From Fodinicurvata sediminis DSM 21159 (GTDB taxonomy: Bacteria > Pseudomonadota > Alphaproteobacteria > Kiloniellales > DSM-21159), in the NCBI RefSeq assembly GCF_000420625.1, contig NZ_ATVH01000014.1, forward strand, positions 470,348 through 534,347: 64,000 bases of DNA, given 5' to 3'. Below, piece after piece: positions 30,508-40,700 of the stretch. The translations under genes and the position numbers were made by a program. Within the stretch, counting starts at the first letter, position 1. Each line of letters starts with the position of its first letter. Below the pieces are notes generated by a model that saw only the letters and a list, made by a program, of their open reading frames with translations, was not told the origin of the DNA and did not search any database.

Positions 30508-31014
30508 TTGGACAGTGAAAAGCTGGAAGCATTGAAGCGCAAGGCACGGCATCGTCGTGCCTCGTCCATTGTTCAGCGCAACACACTCTGGGCCGCCGGT
30601 ACAGGCCTGATACCAATTCCCGTTTTGGATTCGGCGGCGATCGTTGCGGTGCAGCTGAAGATGCTGGCCGAAATCAGCAACGTCTACGGGGTCCATTTCC
30701 AGAAAAGCAGCGGCAGGTCCGTCATTGCAGCGTTGATGACCAGCCTGACCAGCAATGTGCTTGGCAAATCGCTTCTGGGGACAGGTATATTCTCCAGCCT
30801 GTCCAAGACGCTTCCGGTCATTGGCTCGACATTGAGCATCCTGACCATGCCTGGCTTCAACGCGGCGTTCACTTATGCACTGGGCAAGGTCTTCCAACAG
30901 CATTATGCCCTTGGGGGAACCTTGCAGGATTTCGACCCCAAGAAGGCAGAACCCTATTTCCACGAGAAGCTTAAAGAAGGTTTCGTGTTCTCCCAGAAGG
31001 CAAAATCAGCCTGA
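30508..31014 (+). CDS. DUF697-like (YcjF-type) membrane-associated protein, paralogue 1
   Basis: TTG start preceded by GGGGGA. AAGTGLIPIPVLDSAAIVAVQLKMLAEI... matches the DUF697 pattern as I recall it. Clear paralogue of 32808..33383. Confidence 0.45.
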   Translation: MDSEKLEALKRKARHRRASSIVQRNTLWAAGTGLIPIPVLDSAAIVAVQLKMLAEISNVYGVHFQKSSGRSVIAALMTSLTSNVLGKSLLGTGIFSSLSKTLPVIGSTLSILTMPGFNAAFTYALGKVFQQHYALGGTLQDFDPKKAEPYFHEKLKEGFVFSQKAKSA

Positions 31015-31056
31015 CCGGACAAGCCCGACAAACCCAAGGCATCAGGACCTGACCCC

Positions 31057-31254
31057 ATGTATTTGATGGTAATCATGCTTTATATCCTGGCCGCGGTCGT
31101 TTGCGGCCTGCTGGGCCGGCATACTTCTTTCGGATTCCTGGGGCATTTCATTCTGGCGATCTTCATTACGCCGGTTGGGGACTTTCTGGTGCAGCTTGTC
31201 GCGCGACCCTCAAAGGAGATTCGCCGGAGAATCCAGGATATCGATGAGAACTAG
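31057..31254 (+). CDS. small hydrophobic protein (65 aa, 2 predicted TM)
   Basis: MYLMVIMLYILAAVVCGLLG...FILAIFITPVGDFLV. Sits between the DUF697 and SPFH genes on the same strand. Confidence 0.3.
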   Translation: MYLMVIMLYILAAVVCGLLGRHTSFGFLGHFILAIFITPVGDFLVQLVARPSKEIRRRIQDIDEN

Positions 31255-31300
31255 CGTGCAATCGACCCTCCGCATGACGCATACGAAAGTGAAATGACGA

Positions 31301-32701
31301 ATGGTTGACAGCACGGCAACGCCGGCCGGCCGGCCACATGATGATCCCGGCCAGGACGAAAGTCGCTTGCGGGGTAGCTGGTGGCGGTTCGTCGAGAAAT
31401 TCGGCCGCTTCTTCAAGCGTTTCCAGGCAGGCCTGCTAATCACGATCTTCTTTATCCTGATCGCAATGATCGTATTGGCGCCTCAGATCTTCATCACGAT
31501 CCCCGCCGGGCATGTCGGTGTGATGTGGTATCGCTTCTTTGGCGGCACGGTCGTTGATCATACCTATGGCGAAGGCATCCACATGATCTTCCCGTGGGAC
31601 AAGATGTTCGTCTATGACGCGCGCCTGCAGAATCAGGCGCGCATCTATGACACGATCTCGTCGAACGGACTGTCGATGGAAGTCGACATTGCGGTGCGCT
31701 ACCGCATCAACCGTGAAGCCGCCGGCATGCTTCACAAGCTCGTAGGGCCGAACTACCCTGAGATTCTCGTTTATCCTGAAATCGGATCACATGCACGCGA
31801 ACTGATTTCTCGCTATACACCGGAACAGCTCTATACGGAAACCCGCGCCTTCATTCAGGCTGAAATTCTCGAACGCATGGTCAACGAGCTTGGCTCTTCG
31901 CTCTTGAATCAGAGCTTTCAGGGACGCTTGGTAACAGTTGAGGATGTACTCATCCGCTCGGTCAAGCTGCCTGAACGTGTGGCCAACGCGATCGAACGCA
32001 AGGCTGAACAATATCAGATCATGCAGGAATACGACTTCCGCCTGGCGCGCGAAGCCAAGGAAAGGGATCGCAAGAAGATCGAGGCGGAAGGCATCCGTGA
32101 ATTCCAGGACATCGTTGCCAAGACGATCACCGAGGAATATCTGCGCCTGCGTGGCATCGAAGCGACCATGTCGCTGGCAACCTCGAAGAACAGCAAGACC
32201 ATCATCATCGGCGGCAAGGACGGCCTTCCGGTCATTCTCAATACGGGAGAAACCGGGACTCCTTCAGGATCCGCAGCAGGCACTCCCGAATTGACGGGCG
32301 ATTCGGCGGATAGCCTGCCCCTGCCAAACGAAACCAATGCCAATTTCCGTGAAATCTCCCCACACAATTCAGTATCGCCAGGCGTGCGCGAAGAGGGGGG
32401 CGGCGAGTCCAGGACCAGGCCAACAACGACGGACCAGTCCAGGAGTCCGGCGGGCAGCCCTCTCAGGGCTCCGGGCCCCGAGGTGCAGTCCAGCACACCT
32501 ACGGCCAGACCGGCAAACCCTGATAGTGAAGAGGAGACAGCGCCTGGCAATATCGAAAGGGTGATGCGTTCCCTCTCGCCAATTTATGACCCAAGTGCCG
32601 GAAACGCGAGCAAGAATCCTCCTGCACCCCCGGGTACAAGATCACAGCCGGAACATGAACCAGAAGCCCAACCGGAAATGAAAACAGATTCAAAACAATA
32701 G
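31301..32701 (+). CDS. SPFH/band-7 (prohibitin/HflC/flotillin-like) membrane protein with long Pro/Ser/Thr-rich disordered C-terminal tail
   Basis: N-terminal TM (LLITIFFILIAMIVLAP), SPFH core (...VDIAVRYRINREAAGMLHKLVGPNYPEILVYPEIGSHARE...), a coiled-coil (AEQYQIMQEYDFRLAREAKERDRKKIEAEGIREFQ) and a ~170-aa low-complexity tail. Confidence 0.75.
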   Translation: MVDSTATPAGRPHDDPGQDESRLRGSWWRFVEKFGRFFKRFQAGLLITIFFILIAMIVLAPQIFITIPAGHVGVMWYRFFGGTVVDHTYGEGIHMIFPWDKMFVYDARLQNQARIYDTISSNGLSMEVDIAVRYRINREAAGMLHKLVGPNYPEILVYPEIGSHARELISRYTPEQLYTETRAFIQAEILERMVNELGSSLLNQSFQGRLVTVEDVLIRSVKLPERVANAIERKAEQYQIMQEYDFRLAREAKERDRKKIEAEGIREFQDIVAKTITEEYLRLRGIEATMSLATSKNSKTIIIGGKDGLPVILNTGETGTPSGSAAGTPELTGDSADSLPLPNETNANFREISPHNSVSPGVREEGGGESRTRPTTTDQSRSPAGSPLRAPGPEVQSSTPTARPANPDSEEETAPGNIERVMRSLSPIYDPSAGNASKNPPAPPGTRSQPEHEPEAQPEMKTDSKQ

Positions 32702-32807
32702 TTGCTCTTGCAATTTGCGATAGACTACAAATTCGAGTATCTTACACCACCATTTAAAAATCAGAATACCGAGTCCAAAGGCCAACGACACTTGAAAAGG
32801 GGCGAGC

Positions 32808-33383
32808 ATGAGCGAAGAAGAGAACACAGAGCAAACTGAAGAAGTCACTGTCACGGAATCTGACGAACACCACACTCAGGCTCGCGACTGTATCCATCGC
32901 CACAGCGCCTATGCCGCGGTCGGTGGTCTCGTTCCAATTCCCTTCCTCGAAATGGCGGCAAGCAGCACCATTCAGTTGCGGATGATCGCAAAGCTTTGCG
33001 ATATCTTTGGGGTGCCCTTCTCTGAGAACGCGATCAAGAACTCGATTGCAACTCTGGTGGCAACGGTTCTGCCAGCATCCGGCATTGGGCTTGCAACAGC
33101 CAGCCTGATCCGCCGCGTTCCGGTGGTTGGCACAATTTTCGGTGTTGTTGCCATGCCGACCTTTGCAGCGGCCTGTACCTATGCATTGGGGCGCGTTTTT
33201 GCCTGGCATTTTGCCAAAGGCGGTACTGTTGATGATTTCGATGCCGAGGAAATGAAAGGTCGTTTCCAGGACGAGTTTGCCGAGGGCAAGCGCAAGGCTT
33301 CGGATTTCGTCAAGGGAGAGAAGGCCAGTTCAAAGACAAGCGGCACAAAGACTCCAGGGGGCGCAGCAGCTGCCAAAGCCTGA
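32808..33383 (+). CDS. DUF697-like membrane-associated protein, paralogue 2
   Basis: AAVGGLVPIPFLEMAASSTIQLRMIAKLCDIFGVPF... is colinear with paralogue 1 (GxxPIPxxDxAA...QLxMxA...GxxF). Confidence 0.45.
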   Translation: MSEEENTEQTEEVTVTESDEHHTQARDCIHRHSAYAAVGGLVPIPFLEMAASSTIQLRMIAKLCDIFGVPFSENAIKNSIATLVATVLPASGIGLATASLIRRVPVVGTIFGVVAMPTFAAACTYALGRVFAWHFAKGGTVDDFDAEEMKGRFQDEFAEGKRKASDFVKGEKASSKTSGTKTPGGAAAAKA

Positions 33384-33420
33384 CTTCAAGCTTGTTGTCC
33401 AGAACCGACCCGAATTTAGA

Positions 33421-33453
33421 ATGCCCAAAACCTGTTTTGGGCATTCTTTTTTC
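33421..33453 (+). terminator. rho-independent terminator
   Basis: ATGCCCAAA-acctgt-TTTGGGCAT followed by TCTTTTTTC, directly after the stop of 32808..33383. Confidence 0.8.
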
Positions 33454-33492
33454 TCGGGAGACACAAGCCCGGACACTTCGCGGTAAAGCGCG

Positions 33493-34263
33493 ATGAAGCC
33501 TCAAGACGCTGTCCGCGTCCATTCGCTTCAAATGAAACGTGCGAAAGGATCTGTGACCTTCTGCGATGTTACGTATCTGCGTGCGACACTGGTGGTCCTT
33601 GCGCTCGATCAGCTGGATGACGATTGCCTGGACGACTATATGACGTCCTGTTTTCATGCAGAGGAATGGGCCCGGCTGCAGGCGCTGGAACACGACAAAC
33701 GCAAGCAAAGCTACGCCACTGGGCGAATTGCCGCAAAGTTGGCCCTGAAAAGCCATCACGACGGCCTCGACCCACGTGAAATCTCCATTGGATCTGGCGT
33801 ATTCGAACAGCCAGTGATTTGCGTCACGTATCCAGGGATCAGCGAAACGGGCATATCCATTTCGCACTCGGCCAGCTACGCCGCAGCGCTGGTATTCCAT
33901 AGGGCGCATCCGATGGGGATCGATATCGATCTGCCGGCGAAGAAAGACATAGGACCAGTGCTTTCCGGCCTTGCTTCAGAGGAACGGGGTTTGCTCGACG
34001 ATCTGGGTCTCGATGAGTCTGCGGCGGCCACATTGATCTGGGTCGCCCGCGAAAGTCTCGCGAAGACGCTTACCACCGGCATGATGACGCCGCTGTCCAT
34101 CTACGCACCTTCCTCGATCGAGGCAGACAACGGTATTTTCACCCTTCGCTATCGCAATTTCGCCCAGTACCGCACCCTCGTCTGGCAGGGCCTCAAGGGG
34201 TGGCTGGCCGTGACACTTCCAGAACGGACCGCTCTCGACGTATCCAGCCTTCCATGGGCTTGA
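33493..34263 (+). CDS. 4'-phosphopantetheinyl transferase (Sfp/EntD type)
   Basis: GIDID motif (HPMGIDIDL) and WVARESLAKTL (the W/FxxKE[S/A]xxK motif); 256 aa. Confidence 0.8.
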   Translation: MKPQDAVRVHSLQMKRAKGSVTFCDVTYLRATLVVLALDQLDDDCLDDYMTSCFHAEEWARLQALEHDKRKQSYATGRIAAKLALKSHHDGLDPREISIGSGVFEQPVICVTYPGISETGISISHSASYAAALVFHRAHPMGIDIDLPAKKDIGPVLSGLASEERGLLDDLGLDESAAATLIWVARESLAKTLTTGMMTPLSIYAPSSIEADNGIFTLRYRNFAQYRTLVWQGLKGWLAVTLPERTALDVSSLPWA

Positions 34264-34304
34264 AGGCAAAGGCAACTTGAATCAGGCCGCAATGCCGATC
34301 AGCC

Positions 34305-37300
34305 TTACCTTAGCTCATGCCGGATACAGGCAGCGACATTGACTATATCCGGGTCGAACATCATCGATCCGTGCGTGCCCGGAACCCATTCCAGCTTCAC
34401 CTTCTCGCCCGCGAAGCTTTTCCAGCCGTTATAGTCATCGCCTTCAATACCGGGGGCTGCCGAGATTATGGTTTTCGGGCGGATCAACAGTACATCGACA
34501 GTCTCGAGAACTGGTGGAATGTAGTGGACGGCCGCCAGAGCATTGTTCTGAAACACGGCCAGAAGGCGCCGGATCACGCCACGATCGGCTTCCCTGGGCA
34601 GAAGCTTGGAATTCTTTCCCCGTTCAAGCAGTAAATCAATACGACCCTCCGGAGTCAGCGGCCTAAGCTCAGCAGCCTCGACAATGCCGAGTTCGGCGAA
34701 CAGATCTGATAGATACTCGGCCTCATCCTTGCGCAGAAGTTCACGCACGGCATCCGGCACCGCAACTGCGTCGAACAGGAAGACGCCTTGCACCTCCACA
34801 CCGGCCTGCTGCAGGCGGTAGGCGGCCTCGTAGGCAAGCAATCCACCGAAACTCCAGCCGGCAAGGAACACCGGCCCCTCCGGAATGACCTCTCGAACGT
34901 GGGGCATATAGGCCGCCACCATTTCCTCTACGGAAGGGGCAAGTGACTGGCCTTCCTCAAGCCCCTGCGCTTCAACCATGTAGATCGGCTGGTTCGGCCC
35001 TAGTTCCCGGGCCAGGGCCTGGTAACAGAGGATGTTCCCACCAACGGGGTGAAAACAGACCATTGGAACGGCCGATCCCGTCGTATTGACGGGCACGAGC
35101 GGACTCTTGGCGGCTTGTGCCTGTTTTCTTTCCGATATGCGGGCCGCGAGTCTGGCAACGCTTGAGCAGCTGAAGAGATCGCTGAGCGGAATCTTTACAC
35201 CAGTCTCTCGCGTGATCCTGGAAAGAAACTGAACGGCAAGAACGCTGTGCCCGCCAAGCTCGAAGAAATCTGCATCGGCGTCGTCGACAGAAAGATCGAG
35301 CACGTCGGCCATCAGAGCGGCAATCTGATGCTCCATGGCATCCGCCAGCGGCTTTGCCGGTCTCTTCATTCCATCCGGCCGTGTCTTCTCCGGACTCGGC
35401 AGCTTCGCGTAATCGATCTTGCCATTCGCGGTCAGCGGAATCTCGTCGACACAGATGAAACAGCTGGGCAGCATATAGGATGGCAGCGCCTCTTCCAGCT
35501 GAGCGCGACAGGCGGCAGCATCGAACCCGTCTTCTGTCACCAGATAGGCCACGATTCCCGGGCTGCTCTCCTGTCCCTCCTCTGCCATTATGACAGTGGC
35601 CCGGCGAACCAGGGGGTGCCGGGCAATAGCATTCTCGACCTCTCCCAACTCGAGCCGGTTGCCACGGACCTTGACCTGCCTGTCCTCGCGCCCGACGAAG
35701 ACGATTTCCCCATCGCCACGCCGACGGCCCACGTCACCGCTGCGATACCACCGGCTGCCGTCTGCACGCTTGATGAACTTCAGGGCATTCTCGTCGTCTT
35801 CACCCAGATATCCGCGCGCGACACCGGCCCCACCGATACGGATTTCACCGGGTACGCCATCGGGCAAGCTGTTGCCCTGGTCATCACAGATATCGAGGAT
35901 GACACCCTGTATCGCCTGGCCGATCGGTGGGGGCAGGATCTGGCGAAAATTGTAAGCGGTCATCACATACTGAGCCGCAGATACACAGCATTCCGTAGGG
36001 CCATAGGCATTGACCACTCTGATGTCGCTGTGACCGGGAAGCGCGAAGAAGCGTTCCACAAGATCCGTCGACACCACCTCTCCACCCAGCACGACCATAC
36101 GCGCCCCACAGGATTCTCCCATTTCCTCCCAGTAATCCAGCAGCAGCGCGAAGAGGCTCGGCGTTGCATCGAGTTGGTCGATTCCATGTTCGCGGATGAA
36201 ACGGTGCAGAGCCTCGGGGTCACTCCGGGTATCGAAGCCCGGAACATGCAGGCACTGGCCATTCAGGATGGCGGCAAATAACTGCACGATCGAGCCGTCA
36301 AAGCCAAAGGGCGCCACACAGGTCAGATCGAGACAGGCGCCCGGATCGTCCGCCCCAAGAAGCAAAAGCTGAGTATCAAGGACCGACTGGGCAAGATTGA
36401 CGACGGACCCATGCTCGATCATCACTCCTTTCGGACGTCCGGTTGTCCCGCTGGTGAACAGCACATAGGCAAGATCGCCGGCCGAGGTGTCAGCCAGCTG
36501 CGCTCCACTGCTGCAAGCCTCCAACTGCGCTCTCGCGTAGCGTCGTTTCCGAGCGTATCCCGCCGCCACGCTATCATCGGCCGTGAGGAGGAAGTCAAAG
36601 GCATACGGGGCTGGATCGAACCCGGGGGCATCGATTGCCGATCGCTGCGAAGTAAAGCCACCCCTCTCGGCGCGCCAGTCCTGCAGGAAAGCCTCGGGAA
36701 CGAAAAGATCCTCCAGGAAATCGAGGCGGGTGTCATATCCCTTTCCGGCATTCTCACGAGCGAAAGCCGCCAGATCCGCCAGGTAAGCATCACGCCGGTC
36801 GGCATCCCAGACATTGCCAATGAAGATTGCGCCGCCAGGCGCCAGAAGCCGGGCCACCTTGTCCAGCACCTGACGCAGGTAACCAAATCCCGGGAAATTC
36901 TCGATCACGCTGTTGAGGATGACCAGATCGAAGGAACCCGGCTCAAAGACATCCACATCATGGGCGGCCAGCTGGCGCCCCATGACATGGCTCATGCCGG
37001 ATTCGATCGCCAGGATTTCCGTGCGTTCGACATTGCGCCGCGAGATATCGGTCGCAACATACTCGCCGACCAGGGGGGCAACATGCCTCATGGTCACACC
37101 GGAGGCACAGCCAATCTCGAGAACCCGGCTGTCCTGCGAAACGACGCCCGCCACCTTGCTGCGCGCATTGGCGCCGAAGGCTTCCATGACCTTCTGGGGT
37201 ATCTGCTGCCCTGTAAAGGCAGATTTCCAGCCACCGGCAAGAATATCGTCAGCGTCATCGCCGGCAAGATGATCCCAGAGCTCGGCCGACATCAAGGATC

Positions 37301-37799
37301 CGGGCGCCTCGGAGAGTGCGTCGACCTCATCTTGGTCCATACATAGTATGCGGTCGACTGACCCGCAGCGCCATTGCAACTGATGCAGATCCCCGATGTG
37401 GGCGCCATCTCCCACAATTAACGGGAGTCCGGTACTTCGGACGATGGAAAGACGCCGGATCAGCGGCATATTGGGATCGAGCGGGACAAAGGCGCAGCCT
37501 GCCTTGAGGACGCCCAGTATTGTCGTGATGTAGTGCCGCGAACGGCCGGTCATCACGCCGACCAGGGTTTCCTTGCCGAGATCCAGGGCGGCGATGAAAC
37601 GGGCGATCCGGCTGCTTTCGAAATCAAGTTCTCGGTAGGTCAGTTTCCCGTCTTCGTCATGAACGGCCAGGCGCTCGGGATGCTCTGAAAGCCCGTTCGC
37701 AAATCGCTCGACAATGCTGTCGGTCACCACATGCGACGTGGGGGCCGGCGCTTCATGCGAGGCTTCAAGGTCGTCAAAATCGAAATCGCCAATCTTCAT
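34305..37799 (-). CDS. NRPS termination subunit: A domain interrupted by a methyltransferase (between cores a2 and a3) - T - TE
   Basis: a2 LKAGCAFVPLD (aa ~98-108), SAM motif I VLEIGCASG (aa ~226-234), a3 LAYVLFTSGTTGRPKG (aa ~445), A10 NGKIDYAKL, T-domain FFELGGHSV, TE GWSFGG. No C domain. Confidence 0.9.
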   Translation of the reverse strand: MKIGDFDFDDLEASHEAPAPTSHVVTDSIVERFANGLSEHPERLAVHDEDGKLTYRELDFESSRIARFIAALDLGKETLVGVMTGRSRHYITTILGVLKAGCAFVPLDPNMPLIRRLSIVRSTGLPLIVGDGAHIGDLHQLQWRCGSVDRILCMDQDEVDALSEAPGSLMSAELWDHLAGDDADDILAGGWKSAFTGQQIPQKVMEAFGANARSKVAGVVSQDSRVLEIGCASGVTMRHVAPLVGEYVATDISRRNVERTEILAIESGMSHVMGRQLAAHDVDVFEPGSFDLVILNSVIENFPGFGYLRQVLDKVARLLAPGGAIFIGNVWDADRRDAYLADLAAFARENAGKGYDTRLDFLEDLFVPEAFLQDWRAERGGFTSQRSAIDAPGFDPAPYAFDFLLTADDSVAAGYARKRRYARAQLEACSSGAQLADTSAGDLAYVLFTSGTTGRPKGVMIEHGSVVNLAQSVLDTQLLLLGADDPGACLDLTCVAPFGFDGSIVQLFAAILNGQCLHVPGFDTRSDPEALHRFIREHGIDQLDATPSLFALLLDYWEEMGESCGARMVVLGGEVVSTDLVERFFALPGHSDIRVVNAYGPTECCVSAAQYVMTAYNFRQILPPPIGQAIQGVILDICDDQGNSLPDGVPGEIRIGGAGVARGYLGEDDENALKFIKRADGSRWYRSGDVGRRRGDGEIVFVGREDRQVKVRGNRLELGEVENAIARHPLVRRATVIMAEEGQESSPGIVAYLVTEDGFDAAACRAQLEEALPSYMLPSCFICVDEIPLTANGKIDYAKLPSPEKTRPDGMKRPAKPLADAMEHQIAALMADVLDLSVDDADADFFELGGHSVLAVQFLSRITRETGVKIPLSDLFSCSSVARLAARISERKQAQAAKSPLVPVNTTGSAVPMVCFHPVGGNILCYQALARELGPNQPIYMVEAQGLEEGQSLAPSVEEMVAAYMPHVREVIPEGPVFLAGWSFGGLLAYEAAYRLQQAGVEVQGVFLFDAVAVPDAVRELLRKDEAEYLSDLFAELGIVEAAELRPLTPEGRIDLLLERGKNSKLLPREADRGVIRRLLAVFQNNALAAVHYIPPVLETVDVLLIRPKTIISAAPGIEGDDYNGWKSFAGEKVKLEWVPGTHGSMMFDPDIVNVAACIRHELR

Positions 37800-40700
37800 T
37801 CAACTGTCCTTGTGGAAATTCTCGGCTGCTGCGCGGGCAAACCTCTCCAGGAAGCCAAGCCAGCGCTGCATGGTCTGTGCCTCGAAAAGGTCGGTATCAT
37901 ACTCCAGCGTGAAGCGCGCCTGACCGGCCTCTTCAGTCAGGAAAAGAATCAGGTCGTGTTTTGCCGTCGTGTTGTCGACGAATTTGTCCAGATTGCCTGA
38001 CAGCAGGCCTTCCCGTTCGCTGGAAATCGCAGGCAAGCCGCTGTTTTCATCCATGCGAGCCAGCGCATCGAAGCGCTGGTACTCGAAGACCACATTCACA
38101 AGCGGCTGGCGGTTGGCATGGCGTTTGGGCGCCACGGCGCGCACCAGTTCATCAAAGGGATAGTCCTGCCGGTCCAGAGCCGAGGTGATGTTCAGGTGGA
38201 CATCGTCGATCAAGGCCTCCAGATCGGATTCCTCGTCAAGATGCACACGGATCGGCAGGACATTGACGAAGAAGCCGATCAATCCTTCCGTCTCGGTCCT
38301 CTCGCGGCCGGCCACCCCCATACCGATGACCATATCCTGCTGTCGGGTCAGGCGATAAAGCATCGCCGAAAAGATGGCCAGCCCGACAGCCGAAAGCGTC
38401 GTATTGCGGGCCTGCGCCAAGCCATGCAGGCCGCTGAGAACCTCTGGCGCTATAGGCAGATGGACATGAGCCCCGCGATAGGACTGAACCTCCGGCGCCG
38501 GTCGGTCCGTGGGAAGCTTGATCTGCTCAGGCGCCCCCTCCAACTTCGCGCGCCAATACGCGGCCGCCTCCAACCAGTTCTGTTCGACCTGCCAATGGGC
38601 GAAGTCCTTGTAGGTGATGGGCAGTGGCGCCAGATCAGGCGTTTCACCTCCCAATGCTGCTTGATAGAACAGGTTGAGCTCGCGCAACAGAATCCGCGAG
38701 GACCAGCCATCCCCCACGATATGATGTGTTGCCAGGATCAGCAGCTGCTCGTCGGAACCGACCTTGATCATCTGCGCACGGATCAAGGGCGGACGGTCGA
38801 GCGCGACCGGAGTGGCCGCTTCCTCACGCGCCAGGCGCAACGCTTCACGAAGAGGATCGGAATGATCCGAGACATCATTGAAGGCGACAGTCGGTGATGT
38901 GGTTTGGTCAATGCGCTGCACGATACTGCCGTCCTGTTCGATGAAGGCAGTACGCAAGGTTTCATGGCGTTCGACCAGAGCCCGAAGCGCGGATTGCAGG
39001 GCCTCGGCTTTCAGCGCCCCGCTGCACCGCAGCGCAAACAGCATTCCGTAAGCGCCACTGCCGGCCTCCATCTGCGAGAGCAGATACAGCCTTCTTTGCG
39101 CATGACTGGTGGGATAGACATCCATCTTCGGAGCCGGCGGGATGACGGTCCCGGCGGCATGGTTGTCATCTGTGCTCATATCATCGATATGGCGTGCCAG
39201 GCCCGCAATGCTCGGGTTGGCAAAGAAGTCTGCCATGCTGAGACGTTTGCCTGTGCGATCCATGATCCGATTGACAATCCGGATTGCCATCAGACTGTGG
39301 CCGCCAAGGACGGCGAAGCTGGCATTACGGCTCTGGATCGTGGTCTCGAACACTTCACTGAATATATCGGCAACAAGCTGCTCGGTCGGCGCAAGCGCTG
39401 TTTCTTCCTCGTCCGGCCCCTGTGCATCGATCGGGGACTGCATGAGCACCCTGTCCAGCAGTGCCTTGCGATCAACCTTGCCGTTCTCCGTGATCGGGAT
39501 GTCATCGACCAGGTACCATTTCGCCGGCAGCATGTAGCTGGGCAGGCGTTGACCGAGCCAGGCCTGCAGACCTCCCAACCGGCTGTCCGATACGGTACCT
39601 GCTTCATCGCTTTCCTGGATGCAGGCGATGATCTCGCTACCGTTCAGGCCATCAGGGTTGAACAATGCAACGGCATTCCTGATGGAAGGTGCCTGGCGCA
39701 GCTGCTGTTCGATTTCATCCAGTTCGATGCGGAAACCGCGCAGCTTAACCTGGTTGTCCCGGCGGCCGCCAAATTCGATCCGGCCATCACGGGTCCAGCG
39801 TGCCAGGTCGCCGGTCCGGTAGAGTCGTGCACTGGGGCAGTCGGGATCGGGCACGAACCGTTCCGCAGTCAATTCCGGGCGGCCCCAGTATTCGCGCGCC
39901 AGCCTGTCTCCCCCGATCTGCAGTTCTCCCCAGGCCCCGATCGGCACGCGCAATCCGCTTTCGTCACGGATCACCGTCCTGGTGTCCGCAATGGGGCGTC
40001 CAATGACGGTGGAATCCATATTCTCGTCCAGTTCGGACGCCCGGATCCGTGTCACGGTCGTAAAGGTCGTGCTCTCGGTCGGGCCGTAAGCATTCAAAAG
40101 TTGGGTGTCCGGGCAGGCCTCCATGAACCTGCGGGCGTGCGACTTGCTGATGCTGTCGCCGCCGATCATCAGGACCTTCAGTCCCGACAGGCTTGCCGGA
40201 TCATGGTCGATCTGTCGATTGAACAGCCCCACGCTCATGAACATCTTGTCGACACCAAAGCGCTCCAGGGACCTGGCGAAGGCGGCTGGATCGAGCAGCG
40301 TATGGCGATCAATCACGGCGATCTCGGCGCCGCAAAGCAGCGTCGTCCAGATTTCGAAGGTCGCGGCATCGAATGACAATGGCCCGGCCTGGGCCACCAC
40401 ATCACCGGGTGCAACCCAGGCATAGTCCTCGCCCAGGGCCAGGCGCAGGACAGCCCCCTGCTCAATCAGAACCCCCTTGGGCTGACCCGTCGAGCCGGAG
40501 GTGTACATGAGGTAGGCCGGCGCCGCGTGCGGGTCCTGTAATGCCGGGGGCTCGAAACTGCCATCGTCAGGAGGGATTTCGGCGACATGGCAGACCTGTG
40601 CGACACAGTCCGACATCTCTGCGAAGGCAGCTTGTCCGACATCATCGACCAGAACAATTCTGGCGCCACTGTCTTCTAGTATGAAGCGGTTCCGTTCCAC

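Noticed and set aside
37796-37802. Apparent 1-nt disagreement between my hand count of the ATG/TGA junction (cat at 37796..37798, tca at 37799..37801) and the ORF-track coordinates (37799/37800)
   Set aside because: The translations are unambiguous (…ENFHKDS* then MKIGDFDFDD). I kept the track coordinates for the CDSs. This only indicates that hand-derived positions elsewhere may be off by ±1.
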